Source: Lama guanicoe
Lineage: Eukaryota
Assembly: GCA_013239625.1 (NCBI GenBank)
Contig: MU053934.1
Location: forward strand, 7,459,352 to 7,523,351
Reading direction: 5' to 3'
Length of the DNA: 64,000 nt
Position 1 is the stretch's first letter. Every line of letters starts with the position of its first letter. Made by a program: the position numbers and the translations under genes. This document shows, one piece after another, positions 1 through 11,925 of the stretch. The notes under the pieces are model-generated. The model saw only the letters and a list, made by a program, of their open reading frames with translations, did no database searches and was not told the DNA's origin.

Positions 1-683
1 TGGCTTTCTGGCTCAGCCCTGGGGACGCTTCAGTCATGGTTCTAGCGGGCTTTCTAGTACCTTCTAATACCTTCAGCCATACTTGTCTGTCTCATCATCC
101 CACGCCTGCTGTCCAGAACATTGTTGCTTTTGTGCAGGCACAGACCCAGCAAATGGCTTAGGGACAAAAATGAGATAAATTCACCCTGACTGACAGTGCC
201 CTGACCAGCAGACCTCCACCAATGGCTCTTCATGGAGGCTGGTTTGACGGCCGTGGTGAAGATCTGGACAAGTCCTGTGGCCCCTCCTGTAGCTCTGACT
301 GAGGAGGGACAAGTAAATACTCGACCTCACACGACCCTAATAATCAGAGGACACATCTCGGAAAGCCAACCAGTGGGTGCCAGTCCCAGGCCTGGAAAGT
401 CAGCCACTTGGTGGCCGGCTCACTCAGCGATCAGGCTTCTAAGGGAGCGCCAGCCCGTTCTCCCTCAGCACCCTGCCAAGGCACGCTCCTGAGGCTGACA
501 TCACCAACCCTGCCTCTACCCAACACGGCCCCAACCCGCTGTTCCCCAAAACTCCAGACAAGAACAGGGCTTTGCTTTGCTCAACAAGACTTTGCCCGAG
601 GAGCACAGCAAATCTCAAGCAAGCAGCACATTCAGCCTTTTGATTTTGGGTATTAAGTTACGGTATCTATTCTTCGATACTTT

Positions 684-775
684 CATTCTTCATTCAACAA
701 ACATTTACTGAGTATCTACGCTTGCTGGGCTCTGGGGATTCAGCAGCGAACAAGACAGGCTGAAAACACCTGCTC
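684..775 (-). mobile_element. L2 LINE 3' end fragment
   Basis: cattcttcattcaacaaacatttactgagtatctac... is the reverse complement of the typical L2 tail (recalled consensus). Boundaries are approximate. Confidence 0.7.
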
Positions 776-1397
776 AAGTGTGCGGAGTGTGTTCAGTGAG
801 GACAGACAGGCAACGCCCAGCAGGGCTCTGTGAAGTGCACATGTCTGGTGGTGCCAAGTGCAACGGGAGGAAAAGAGTGCGAGAGCCGAGTGGCGGGTCG
901 GGGTGCAGAGAGGGGCCAGCTGCTGCTCAGGGTGTGTGGTCAGGAGGGTCCCCGGAGCAGACCCCTGCAGAGAGGGAGGCGCCCTCCAGGCCAACAGAGG
1001 AGCCCAAGCAAGGCTGTGTTGAGGTGGGGGCGCCGCAGCTGCGAGGTCAGGGAGGCTGGCAGGGGGTGGTGAGGGGGAGGGTGGAGGGCAGTCAGGCCCG
1101 GGCGCCACAACCTTTGGGCCATTCTAGGAACTCTGGCTTTGCTTCTGCATGAAGAGGAGTCACTGGAGGGCGCTGAGCCAAGAGGACAGACTCTGACTTA
1201 AATTTAACAGTCTTACTCTGGCAGCCCTGGGGAGGTTAGAGGATGGCGGGGCAAGGACTTGAGAACTGCTTCGGGGACACAGCCTCAGCACCCGGTACAG
1301 GTCCGGCACATAGCGGGTAGTCAGTACGTGTTTATGGAATCAGTGAATGTGGGGGACTGTCCAGCACTCAGCCTAGAGGTGCCCTGAGTACCCAGAG

Positions 1398-1416
1398 CCA
1401 CCAGCAGAGGGCGAAC
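1398..1416 (+). promoter_or_regulatory. Candidate CTCF site
   Basis: ccaCCAGCAGAGGGCGAac resembles the CTCF core CCASYAGRKGGCRS. Motif evidence only. Confidence 0.35.
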
Positions 1417-1906
1417 GAGCCCTGCGCACTCCAGGAGGCCTGCCTCGCCAGACACCGTGGGGCCGGCGGCCTGGGCAGGAGGCAGGTGTGCAGAGACCCA
1501 GCTACTCCTCAGTCCAGGCTCTAGTGCCTTGTAACCACCCCGCCTCTCCTACCAGCCTCCTTGGTAGGACAAGGGGAGCTGGGGGCCGAGGCCTCCTCAC
1601 TCCACTCCCTCTGAGCTGTCAGCTCCCCCTGCGCCACAGCTCTGGCTGCACACACTGACCTCAGATCTCCACCTCCACGCTCTGGCTGGCACCAGTGTGC
1701 TCTCCCACTGTACCCCCTCTTCTTCTGTAAGCCCCCATTCCCACCAGCCATATTCTAGCAGCAGAGGGTCCAGTAGCCCTGAGCCCGAAGGAAGGCCCAG
1801 GGGTCTTTTTGCCCCACCTGGAGAAGTCACAGCCCCTCCCATCCAGGCAGCACGGGGCGAGGAGGGGCTAGGGCCCAGGCCCTTCTTGGGGGTCTTCGAG
1901 GGGTCT

Positions 1907-2032
1907 CAGCAATGGGACCCCGGCGTCAGCTCGCCCTGGGCACTCACCCAGCGATGGGACCCCGGTGACAGCTCGCCCCGGGCACTCACCCAGCGAAGAG
2001 ACCCTGGTGACAGCTCGCCCCGGGCACTCACC
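1907..2032. repeat. Minisatellite, 3 x 42 bp, each unit carrying a copy of the exon-10 splice donor
   Basis: Units at 1907-1948, 1949-1990 and 1991-2032; consensus cagcgatgggaccccggtgacagctcgccccgggcactcacc. Confidence 0.95.
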
Positions 2033-2154
2033 CACACAGTCCTTCTGGTTCCAGTGGAGGCGCCTCCCGGGGGGGCAGACACACGCGTAGCTGCCCTTGG
2101 TGTTGACACAGCCCTGGTCACAGCTCCCGTTGTTCATGCTGCACTCGTCCACAT
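2032..2154 (-). CDS. SCUBE1: SCUBE1 exon 10 (EGF-like 9, calcium-binding type), 123 nt
   Basis: Acceptor ctgtgctcccag|ATGTGGACGAG and donor TGTGTGG|gtgagt. Encodes (D)[40 protein letters not shown], which contains an NGS N-glycosylation sequon. Confidence 0.96.
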
Positions 2155-3615
2155 CTGGGAGCACAGGTAGGAGTGAGGGCAGGAGGGCGGCTGGGCGGGG
2201 CTGGCAGGCGGGGCCTACCCAGGACGGGAGGGCCCTGCATCCCCTGACCCTGACCCCAGCCCGGTACTGTCACCAGCTGCAGACACGCGGCCGCACACGA
2301 GCTCGCGCACACACAGGGCTCCCACAGACACCAGCACACACCCCTCCCCCGGAACCTCGGCGGTTTGCTGAACCTGGGCCGCTGTGCTCGGACTTGCGGG
2401 AGGGCCGAGAAGTGGTACAAAATAAAGTTCCAGTCAGGTCTTGTGGGGCACGGAATGCCCAGCACAGGCCCGGGTCATGAGGCCGTATCTCACTGCGGGA
2501 CCCCGGACAGGCCCTTCCCAGCCCGTTTCCTCTCCCAGGGCGCAGGAAGTCACCTTTAGGGCCCTGCCTTCCTTCGGGTCAAACATCCCCCTGAGGGAAG
2601 CAGCAGGCCCAGGGCAGCTGGTGAGCTGGTGCCCATGTTTCTGGGAGTCCCTCCAGAAGACGCTGCAGCTCCCCCCAGGAGCTCCCCCGCCCCCCAGCAC
2701 CGCCAGGCCTGAGCCTGCCCGACCATCACGGCTGCCCAGCTGAGGAGGTGTGGCTACCACCCCAGGTCCAGGAAAGGGAGGGACTGGAGACCGTGGGGCC
2801 TTTCTTGACTTCTCCACTTTCACACCCCAGGCCTGTACACCTCCACGTCCCATCACCCGTGGATCCTACATACACCTAGACCTTCCCTCTCCCACATCCC
2901 TCCCACCCTGCCAGAGCCAGCAGCTCTCACTCCCCTGTCTGGAGCCGTGTCCTCACCGGCCCTGGGTTCCACTCTCCTAAAGGTGGCAGCCAGAGGGATC
3001 TTGTTACATGACCTTGACTACGTCACACCCCTGCTTAAACCCTCGGATGGTTTCTCATCGTGCTGGGAATAAAACCACAAGTCCCCTGGGGGCTCACAGA
3101 GCCCTGTGTCCCTTCTGTCACCATGCGCCCCTTCCTTCATGGGGCTGTAGCCCCACGGGCTGCATCTCGGTCCCTCTGTGCTCCCTCTGCCTCAGTGCCT
3201 CTGCACACGCTGAACCCTCTGGCACGCTTCCCCTCATCTTGACCCAAACCGTCCTCCTTTAGGATCCCCCCATCTTCCCCACACTCTGCCCTTCTCTGTT
3301 GTCACCCCCTCCCACTGGAATGAACTGGTTAAGGGATTCTCTGTGTAGCCGTCCTCCCTTCCAGACTGGGATTCCCCAGCAACTGCTGTTCACAGGCCTG
3401 TGCCCACAGGCTTGCTGAGGCCTGGCACCCAGGGGATACTTTCTGCCCCTCCCCCCATCCTCCTGCCTGGCCCTTGGCTGAGCCCCTCCCCCCACCAGTC
3501 CCTCCCAGGCCCGTCAGAGTCAAGGTCAGGGGCGGGGTGTGGGGTACAGTGCAGGTGGCCATGTGGCCGGCGCGTGCCTCTGGGGGGAGGTGGCCCTGGC
3601 GGGCGAGCTGCAGAC

Positions 3616-3732
3616 CTCCGCAGTGGGTCGTCCCATAGAGCGTGTAGCCGCGGTGGCACAGGCACTGGAAGCTGCCCGGGGAGTTGATGCAGACGTGGTC
3701 GCAGGTCCGCTCGAAGGAGCACTCGTCGATGT
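3616..3732 (-). CDS. SCUBE1: SCUBE1 exon 9 (EGF-like 8, calcium-binding type), 117 nt
   Basis: Acceptor gtggccaccag|ACATCGACGAG and weak donor TGCGGAG|gtctgc. Encodes (D)[38 protein letters not shown]. Confidence 0.95.
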
Positions 3733-6195
3733 CTGGTGGCCACAGGGAGACAAAGTTTGGGAGAGGTTTTGGGGTGTGGTGGATGGCATGGCCTGTCACT
3801 ACTCAGTCACTCAAAAGACATCTGGGTGCAGACAGTCCCGGGCTGAAGGCTCAGTGCACAGCTGACCCACAGTAAATGCCAGACTTCCGGTCATTGCCTG
3901 ACTTCCCATTTAGTCTCCATTAACCTCATGTTTCTGGGTTGGAAGCCACCTCACATCTTTTCTGGAGGTGGGCAGGGGAGAAATATTGTGAGAAGGGATG
4001 ATTATGCCATTGTGACAGCTCACACTCTAGTGTGGTTAGGATGGGTATTTCATCCACACCTGCAGGAAACCGACGGGCTTGCCTGAGGATGCCGCCGAAC
4101 TGAGATGTGAAAACAGACCTTGGATGCCGACCGAAGTGTGTTTTCCCATCACCCCAAGATGTCTCTTGAGAGAGTAAGGAAAACAGCACAGATAGAAAGG
4201 GGGTTAGGGGGTAATATGCTACCCACAAGGAATAACAAAGCAGCCTTGACAGTACATGAAATTTGATTCTGACCACCCTGGCAGCCAGGGTAAAAAGGGA
4301 AAGAGGGAAGGTCACAGAGCACTTGTCACTGGAAAGGAGGAAATGGACCACGTGTTCACAGGGGACAAGTCTGTCCTGGCCATAAGTTCTGAGGACAATG
4401 GCTCCTGTGGGATAGTTGATGGGGGTCCTGAGGGCAAAGCAGACATTGATCTGCCTCCCCATGGGCACTGCAGTTGGAGTTCATTCTTTGAATACTTTTG
4501 TTCACGTGACTGCAGATGTACTCGTGACATATGCGTGTTTGTAGTAACATAGCACAAGGAAGGAATCACACTGCATGTGCTCAAAGGAGGATGTGATTCC
4601 TCTGGTGGGGGGGCTGGTCTGGAAAGATCTCATGGTGCTTGTGGCACCTGGGCTAGACCCTGAAGGATAGGGCCAGACTGGAGTGAAGGAAGGAGAGTCG
4701 GGGAGGGGCACTCTAGGCAAAGGCTGGGAGGTGGCAGCACCGGCTCCTCGGGGATCGTGTGGAGCTCAGGGGGGCGGGGGAGGTGTCTGGGGTCCGCATC
4801 CCAAGGGCCTTGAGTGCCAAGCAGGGAAGCTTAGACCTCTCCCTGTTGGAACTGGAGATCCAGGGGCTGTGCTGAAGCCGGGGTTGGGGGGCATGGCCAG
4901 AGCCCCAGGCCTCAGAGAGATGAGTCTGGAGAGGGTGGAGAAATCAGTCAGAGCCCAGAGCAGTCCTGCCATTGCCCCTTCCTCGGCAGCTGCCCGCCTC
5001 TCTCAAGGCAGCAGGGAATGCAAAGTCCAGGGCCTCCCTCACTGCCCACAGAATGCGGTATGGCAGACAGAGAAACAAAGTCCAAGAGCAGAGGAGCCCC
5101 GATCGGGGCCTGCACAGATGCTACACTCCCAGGAGGCCCGAGAGGAAGACCGGGCCAGGTGCCCGACCAGGAATGAAGAGGCTGAGCCCAGGGAGGGGGA
5201 CCGCCTGGCTTGGGTCACGTGATGAGCCCCAGGACAGGCTGGCCCTGGACCCTGCCTTGCCAGCCTCTGCTCTCATCATTTTTGGAGCCCTTGGGGGAGC
5301 ACATCCCTGGCCCCTCAGGGCCTTGTGCTGCCCCAGGCCAGCCTCTGAGTGGCACTAAGAGGCAGAAGCTGCAAGGCCCATGGCCAGATGCAGCCACGTG
5401 GAGATGAAATGACTGGATGACAACAGGGTAGCCATAATGGAACAGAGCCACTCCCTCACCGCCCAGGTCATCCTGGTCCCTCCTTCTGCACATTTCCCCA
5501 AAGCTGTCTCCTTCTCAGGGGCCTCATTCAGCCCCAAAGGGCTCCTTGTGGTCCCTCAAGCCCCTTCAGCCCAACAGTGCCGCTCCCTGGATGGGTCCCT
5601 TCCTTGGCTCCTCCTGGAAGATGCCTATTCATCCTTCAAGCAGTTCACCAATGTCCCTTCCTCTAGAGAGCCTTTCCTGACCACCCTCTCTGCTGCCCAT
5701 CCTCTGGACTCTCCCTGCTGAACTTGTCCTGGGCTGTAATTCTTAGCTTCTGCCCAAATTTCTCCTCCCATTACCCCTGCTCCTGGCAGGCGCCCAGAGA
5801 CCCTGAGGAAGGACTGCTGGCAAGCACCCGCCATGTGCACACCTTCCACCAGGTGGCAGCATCCTGCCTCCGAAGCCACCAGGGGAGCCAGGCAGGACTC
5901 CCTGTGCCACCTGGGACTCGGTGATCCCTCCCTGGGCCTCAGGTTCCCATTCATAGTGGGGACAGGGTGGACTGGGTGGCTTCTGGGGGCCTCTAGAGTC
6001 GCAAAGGACAGGGAAGACAGGGAGGGCAAGAGCACATGCTAGGGACAGAAAAACTACAGCCACCCCCTCAGGCCCAGCCCAGTAGGTGGGCGGCCCCAAC
6101 CCCGGGCTCACCTCCTCCCCTAGCGGGCTGTATGAGCCCCCGAGGGGGGAGGACCCCACGAGGACCAGGGCTGCCCGGGCCGGCTGGCAGCTCAC

Positions 6196-6318
6196 CTTGG
6201 CACGTCCGCTCATCCGTCAGCAGCTTGTAGCCCTTCCGGCAGCTGCACTCGAAGCTGCCCACGGTGTTGCGGCAGAAGTGGTCGCAGCCCCCGTTGTTGA
6301 CCAGGCACTCATTGATGT
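6196..6318 (-). CDS. SCUBE1: SCUBE1 exon 8 (EGF-like 7, calcium-binding type), 123 nt
   Basis: Acceptor ggcccccacag|ACATCAATGAG and donor TGCCAAG|gtgagc. Encodes (D)[40 protein letters not shown]. Confidence 0.97.
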
Positions 6319-8629
6319 CTGTGGGGGCCAAGCGGGTGGGGGAGATGAGGATGGTGGGCTCGGCGGTGGGGGCGAGGGTGGGGGCACTGCAGGACCCCCG
6401 GCCGGGACTCCCCCGCCCTGACTCGCCTGCCGCCCAGGGCCCAGGGCTGCGGCGGGTGCCCCAGCTGAGCGCAGGGGTGGGCTGGGCCCCCAGCCGGGGG
6501 GGTGCGGAGGACGGGCCACGCCGCGCCCAGCATTTGTGTATAGAAGGTTGGGGAGCTGATGTCTACTGTACCCCACAAGACAACAGGGTCGATGACACCC
6601 CGAGCCCTTTCGTTCCGGGAGGCAGGCCAGGGGGCAGTGAGGCCTGGGAAGGCAGGCTGCTTCCCCGCAGGGCAGCGGTGACTCTGGGCAAGCTCCCGGG
6701 CCCTGCAGCCCATGCCCCCTGTCGTAACAGCAGGCTCAGAAGCGCCCCTGCTTGAAGAACAGCGGCAGGAGCCAATGAAATAACACCCCCACGGCACTGG
6801 CACTTTCTCAGCGCCCAACCGCCCTTTCTGAGAGGCAGGTTGGCTGCTCCTGTTCCACTGACAGGGAGACCGAGCCGTGGAAGGTGACGGCTGGCTGAGG
6901 CGCTGTGCCTGGAGGCGGGTGTCCCCGGGCTGCCCGACCTCCCGGCCTGGTTCTTCCTGCTCCCCTCCCAGGGCCTGCCCGAGGGTCTGAGCTGTCTCCT
7001 CACTCAGCATTTCACGGGTTGGGTATGTGCCCTGAAGGTCACCTGAGTGTCCCTGCCAGTCGGCCTCTGCTTGCACACCTGGAGTGACGGGAGCCTCCTC
7101 CCTCACAGCCGGGCCTGCTGGCTGATGCCTCAAAAACTTCCCCTGACCCAGGTGAACTCCCTCCCTCCCCCTGGCCCTGCTCATCTGGGTTCTGCTCCCC
7201 AGGCTGCTGGTCAACCTGGCGGACTGAGTTGTCAGAGACCTTGTCCCTGAGGTGCCTCTTCTTCCTCCAGAGTTCCTCTTGGACCCCGATCCCTGGGACC
7301 CCAGTGCTGGTCACACTCCACGCCCCCAGCCCCGACCCAGCAGCTGGAGACAGAAGTAGATGACTTTCAGGGTGGTGTCACCCTGATTTGGAGGGGGCAA
7401 AAAGAAGTGGTGGAAGAGGCAAGGGCTTCTGCTGTGTTGGCCACTGGCCGCACCATAGCAGAGCTGTTGACTCAGACCCCAGCACCCGCTGAGCCTGGCC
7501 TGAGCGTGAAGCTGGACGCCCCTCGTGAGCAAGGTCAGCCTGTCCCCATTTCACCGCCCCACGGAGGGGACCAGGTCCTGTTCCAATGGCTCCCGTCTCG
7601 GGCCCAGCCTCTCCCCGCGCTGCTCTCTTGACTTGAACCTGCTGAAAAATCCTAAGGCGGCATTCCCACAGAATGCTCCCCAACACAAAACAAAACTCAC
7701 AAAACATGGGGACAATGGGGGGCTTTAAAGAGAGCAAGGCTGAGGCCTGCAGTGGGGCCAACCTCGGGGCCTTTGGGAGGGGAATAGGCACAGGGAGTCG
7801 GGCGGGGGCAGGCCCCAGAGCTGCTTTCCTGCAGAGGCCTGGGCAGGACTGGGCTCTGGGGAACACAGGACCCCCAGTGGGCGGGCCTGTCATCACCTTG
7901 CCCTTGGCTGGCCTCCCAGAGGCACCTTCGCCCCAAAGACCCATTCTGTTTGCATATTCTGATGATATTGGCACCAGGAAGATGGGAAGGGAGGGGAACC
8001 TGAGGTGGCCCCATGAAGAAAGGCAGCCGGGGTGTGTGTGGTTCACCAGACCTGGCTCTGAGTCTGGCTCTGCTGCTCATCGGCTGGGGGTCTTGACCTC
8101 TCTGAACACAGTCAGTGCTCTGTGTGTACACACTGAAGTGACTGCTAAAGACAGGCTTCTCAGCACTTCAAACTCTGCACAGGCTCCAAAGCCCGTACTT
8201 CAGGAGCAGAGCTGCCTAAGGAGGAGCCCACGTGCCAGAGTAAGTATTAGGACCCCTAGTGGTCACTGCCCCTACAGGACACCACCTCCTGCTGGCAGCC
8301 AGGCCAAGCACTTTCTGGCAAAGTCTCATGTGATGGTCCAGACAAGTAGGGGGTCAGATCTCCCCCTTTACAGAGGAGGTCACAGCTCCGAGGAGGAGCC
8401 AGATTTGAGCCCAGCTCCAGCTGCCTCTGAAGAGGGGCCTTCTCCAGGACAGCACGCCCGCCCTGCAGCCTCCAGAGGAAGCAGATGACAAGCCCAGTGA
8501 GGGCTTGTCCAGGGCAGAGGCTTGGGCACGTCCATCACCCCCTCCCCTGGGGACTACGGGAAGATGGGTGAGGTTCAAGCTAAAAGCCCCTGGCTGGAAG
8601 GAGAACAGAGGCCCTTCGCCACTCTGCCC

Positions 8630-8750
8630 CAGCCCGCTCTGTGATCCTGGGCAAGGAAAGGCACCTCTCTGTGCCTCAGGTTCCCCATCTGCAAACTGGG
8701 CTGCTAATAGGCACCTCTCCAGCATCATTCATTAAGATTAAATGTGCAGA
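8630..8750 (+). mobile_element. MIR SINE fragment
   Basis: ctgtgatcctgggcaag...cacctctctgtgcctcaggttccccatctgcaaactggg matches the MIR core. Boundaries are approximate. Confidence 0.65.
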
Positions 8751-11463
8751 TGGGGCTTGCCCCCTCAGGAGTGCCTCAGGCTTTCTGGAACCCCCTAATC
8801 CCATCCCCTTCCCCATCTGGGCAGCTCAGGGGCTGTCATAGCAACCAGACAGGCGGTGGGAGGCATGTTTGCTTGAGGACCAGGCTGATGTAGCCGGCTG
8901 CCTGGGGGTCAGAGTGGGGCAAGCACCCCCTCCCCAGCTCTAGTAAGAGTGTGACGGGCTTGCACAGGGCCTCAGGTTTGTTGGGACCCCCAGTTGGCCT
9001 GCCCCCGCTGAGCCCCACACCTGCCCTGCACCTCTCCAGACAGGCCCCAGGGGACCTGGGCTGTGAGCCCAAGGCTCTAAGACGCCAAACCCTGGGTCTG
9101 GAGGTCGTTTGGTTTCCAGGGTTCCCTGATTTGAAGATGTAAAGATGTTTGTATTATGTAGTTCTAGACTAGTCCCACGATCCTTAAGTTCTAATGTCTG
9201 TGACAATATCCAGACTGCACTTCTCTGCCACTGCCGCCCTGTGGCCCCAGCCACTCTCGCCTCGAGCCGGACCCTGCGAGAAGCCCCCATCCAAACAGTG
9301 AGAGGGACTGACTCAAAATGAAAACCTGGCCTGTGCCGCCCCTGCCCAGTGGCGTCTGGGGCCTCACCGAGGCTTGTGGGATGAAGGGCCAACCCCTGCC
9401 CCGGCCCACCCTCCCCGAATTGCCCCCAGATCTAGGCACACTGGCTGCTTTGGGACCTGAAACCCCAGGCCTCTGCACAGCCGTCGTGTGCTGCTGGAAA
9501 TGCTGCCTGGATTGGAGCCTATTGCTCTGTCCTTCCAGACCTCCCCACCACCGCCCAGGCCTGGCCTCGCTCTCCGGCACCAGCCAGCACCAAGTGCTCT
9601 GCTGTACACGCTTATCTTGGTGATTCTGAAAAATTAAAATGTGTCTTCTTTACTCAGTAGAAGATCCCCGGGGACAAGGAATTTCTGTTTCAGTCGTTTC
9701 TGTGCCCCTAGCACCTGTACATGGGAGAAGCCCAGAAAACCCATGTGGTACATGAGTGACCAAGAGGACTTCCTGACTCCAGGACAGTGGGAGTGAGGAT
9801 GTTTGGCTAAAGGCAAAGGGGCAGCTCTGATTAAAGGGCCCAGTTGTTCCAAGAGGAGCCACATGGTGGAAAGATGGTGGGGGCTCAGACTGGTGGGCCT
9901 GGGCTGTGTGGACAGCTCCCTTCAACACCTCCCCCTACCCCAGACTCGCAGTGGGGTGAGGATGGAAGCCTCTCAGGCCACCAATGCATGGGCGGGGGGC
10001 AGTAGCCACAGCACCCTTAGGTGCTCCTCTTGGGCCATGTGATGGCCAAGGTTCCTTTCTGGTCCAGACAGGTTGGCTCCCAGTGCTGAGCTCCTGGTCT
10101 CACGTCAGAAATGAAGCCATGCCCTGCCCTCCTTGTCCTGGGTCAGCGCTGTGCCCTGGGCAGAGGGCAGACTGGCCCGATTCTACCCTCTTCTGTCCTG
10201 GTTGCAAGGGCAACTGGCTGGGTCTGCTGTGACATTGCTGGGCTGGGAGGACGGCTGGGTCTGCGGTGCACGCCTGGCCAGTCCTCCTGGCATGAAGCCC
10301 ATGGGGCAAGGCCGCAGATAGCCCCTGCCCGCCCACTCACCCACCAGGAACACATCTTGCTCTAAGTGGGCCAAGCCAGGGTTACAGAAGGGCTTTATTT
10401 TCAAATAAATAGGCAGAAAAGCTGTTATTTCTGTCAATAATCACTAGGTTCTTCCCAGCAAAGTGTCTGGGAAGGAGAAGTCACACGTTGTCTATTTTTG
10501 CAGGCTTAAAAAAGCCCATCTCAGACTATTTAAAATCTCTCTAAGCCTCCGCTGTCAATATTTTCACCCACTCGGCTCTGGGAGTTCAAGCACCCCTCCC
10601 CTTCCATGCTGGCCGCAAGCCCTGCCCACTTCCTGGCGGGATGGTAGGAAGAGGGCGGCCAGCCTTAGCAGGAATTCCTGGGCTGGCCTGGGGCCACAGG
10701 CAGTGGTGCGGAGGGGTGCACCTCACCCTTCTCAGGGGCTGAGTCCCTGCCCGAGCCCCGCAGCTCAAGGGGTCTGTAACACCCCAGGTCTTTGTCTGGG
10801 CTGGTCCCCCATGCTGCAGGGCTGGCCCCTTCAGTCCTAGGGCTCAGCCAACTCTGGCTTCCCAGCCCCCTTGCTTCCTGTTTCCTGAGGGATCCCCGAC
10901 ACTGCTGAGCACCCTGGAGGCCCTCAGGAAATGTGGGGTGAGGAGGGACAGCGGGCGGGCAGAGAAAGCTCGACCTTCTCTCACTTCCACGCCAGCCCAT
11001 TCCTGACCCTCCCAACCCCTATCTTCTAATTGCAAACTGAGGTCCTTTTGCACCCTTAGTCCTTCAGTTGAGATCCCCCAACAACGTCCCTCCTCCAGGG
11101 ACGAGCATACACAGTGTCCTCATTTTCCCAATGCTGACAAGAAGACAGTCCCGTCCTAGGTGGAGCCCTGTGCCATGCTGCCACCCAGCTGTGCCACACA
11201 GATTACAGCTAAGGTGAGCGCGGGGAAACAGCCCCGCCCCACCCCTGGGAGGCCACGGCCGGCCCAGGAAGCCCAAAGTAGAGAAACACCTTGTTTGTTT
11301 AACCCGGGGTGCAGCCACATTCTTTGATATCAGAACCCCGCTTAAACCTACTGTTATTCAGTGGAAGCAGGGTTCCCCTGAGCACTGTCGGGGAGCGCTG
11401 GTGCTGACTCTCCCTCTTCTCGGCTTCTCCAGCAGAAAAGCAGGTGACACCTGACCATCCTCA

Positions 11464-11925
<462 letters not shown>

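Noticed and set aside
1-1900. Search for SCUBE1 exon 11 (spacer start), and for exon 3 in 58710-64000
   Set aside because: No matching coding sequence was seen; both lie outside the window.
1907-2032. Regularly spaced repeats as a CRISPR-like array
   Set aside because: The context is a eukaryotic intron, the units are contiguous tandem copies without unique spacers, and there are no cas genes.
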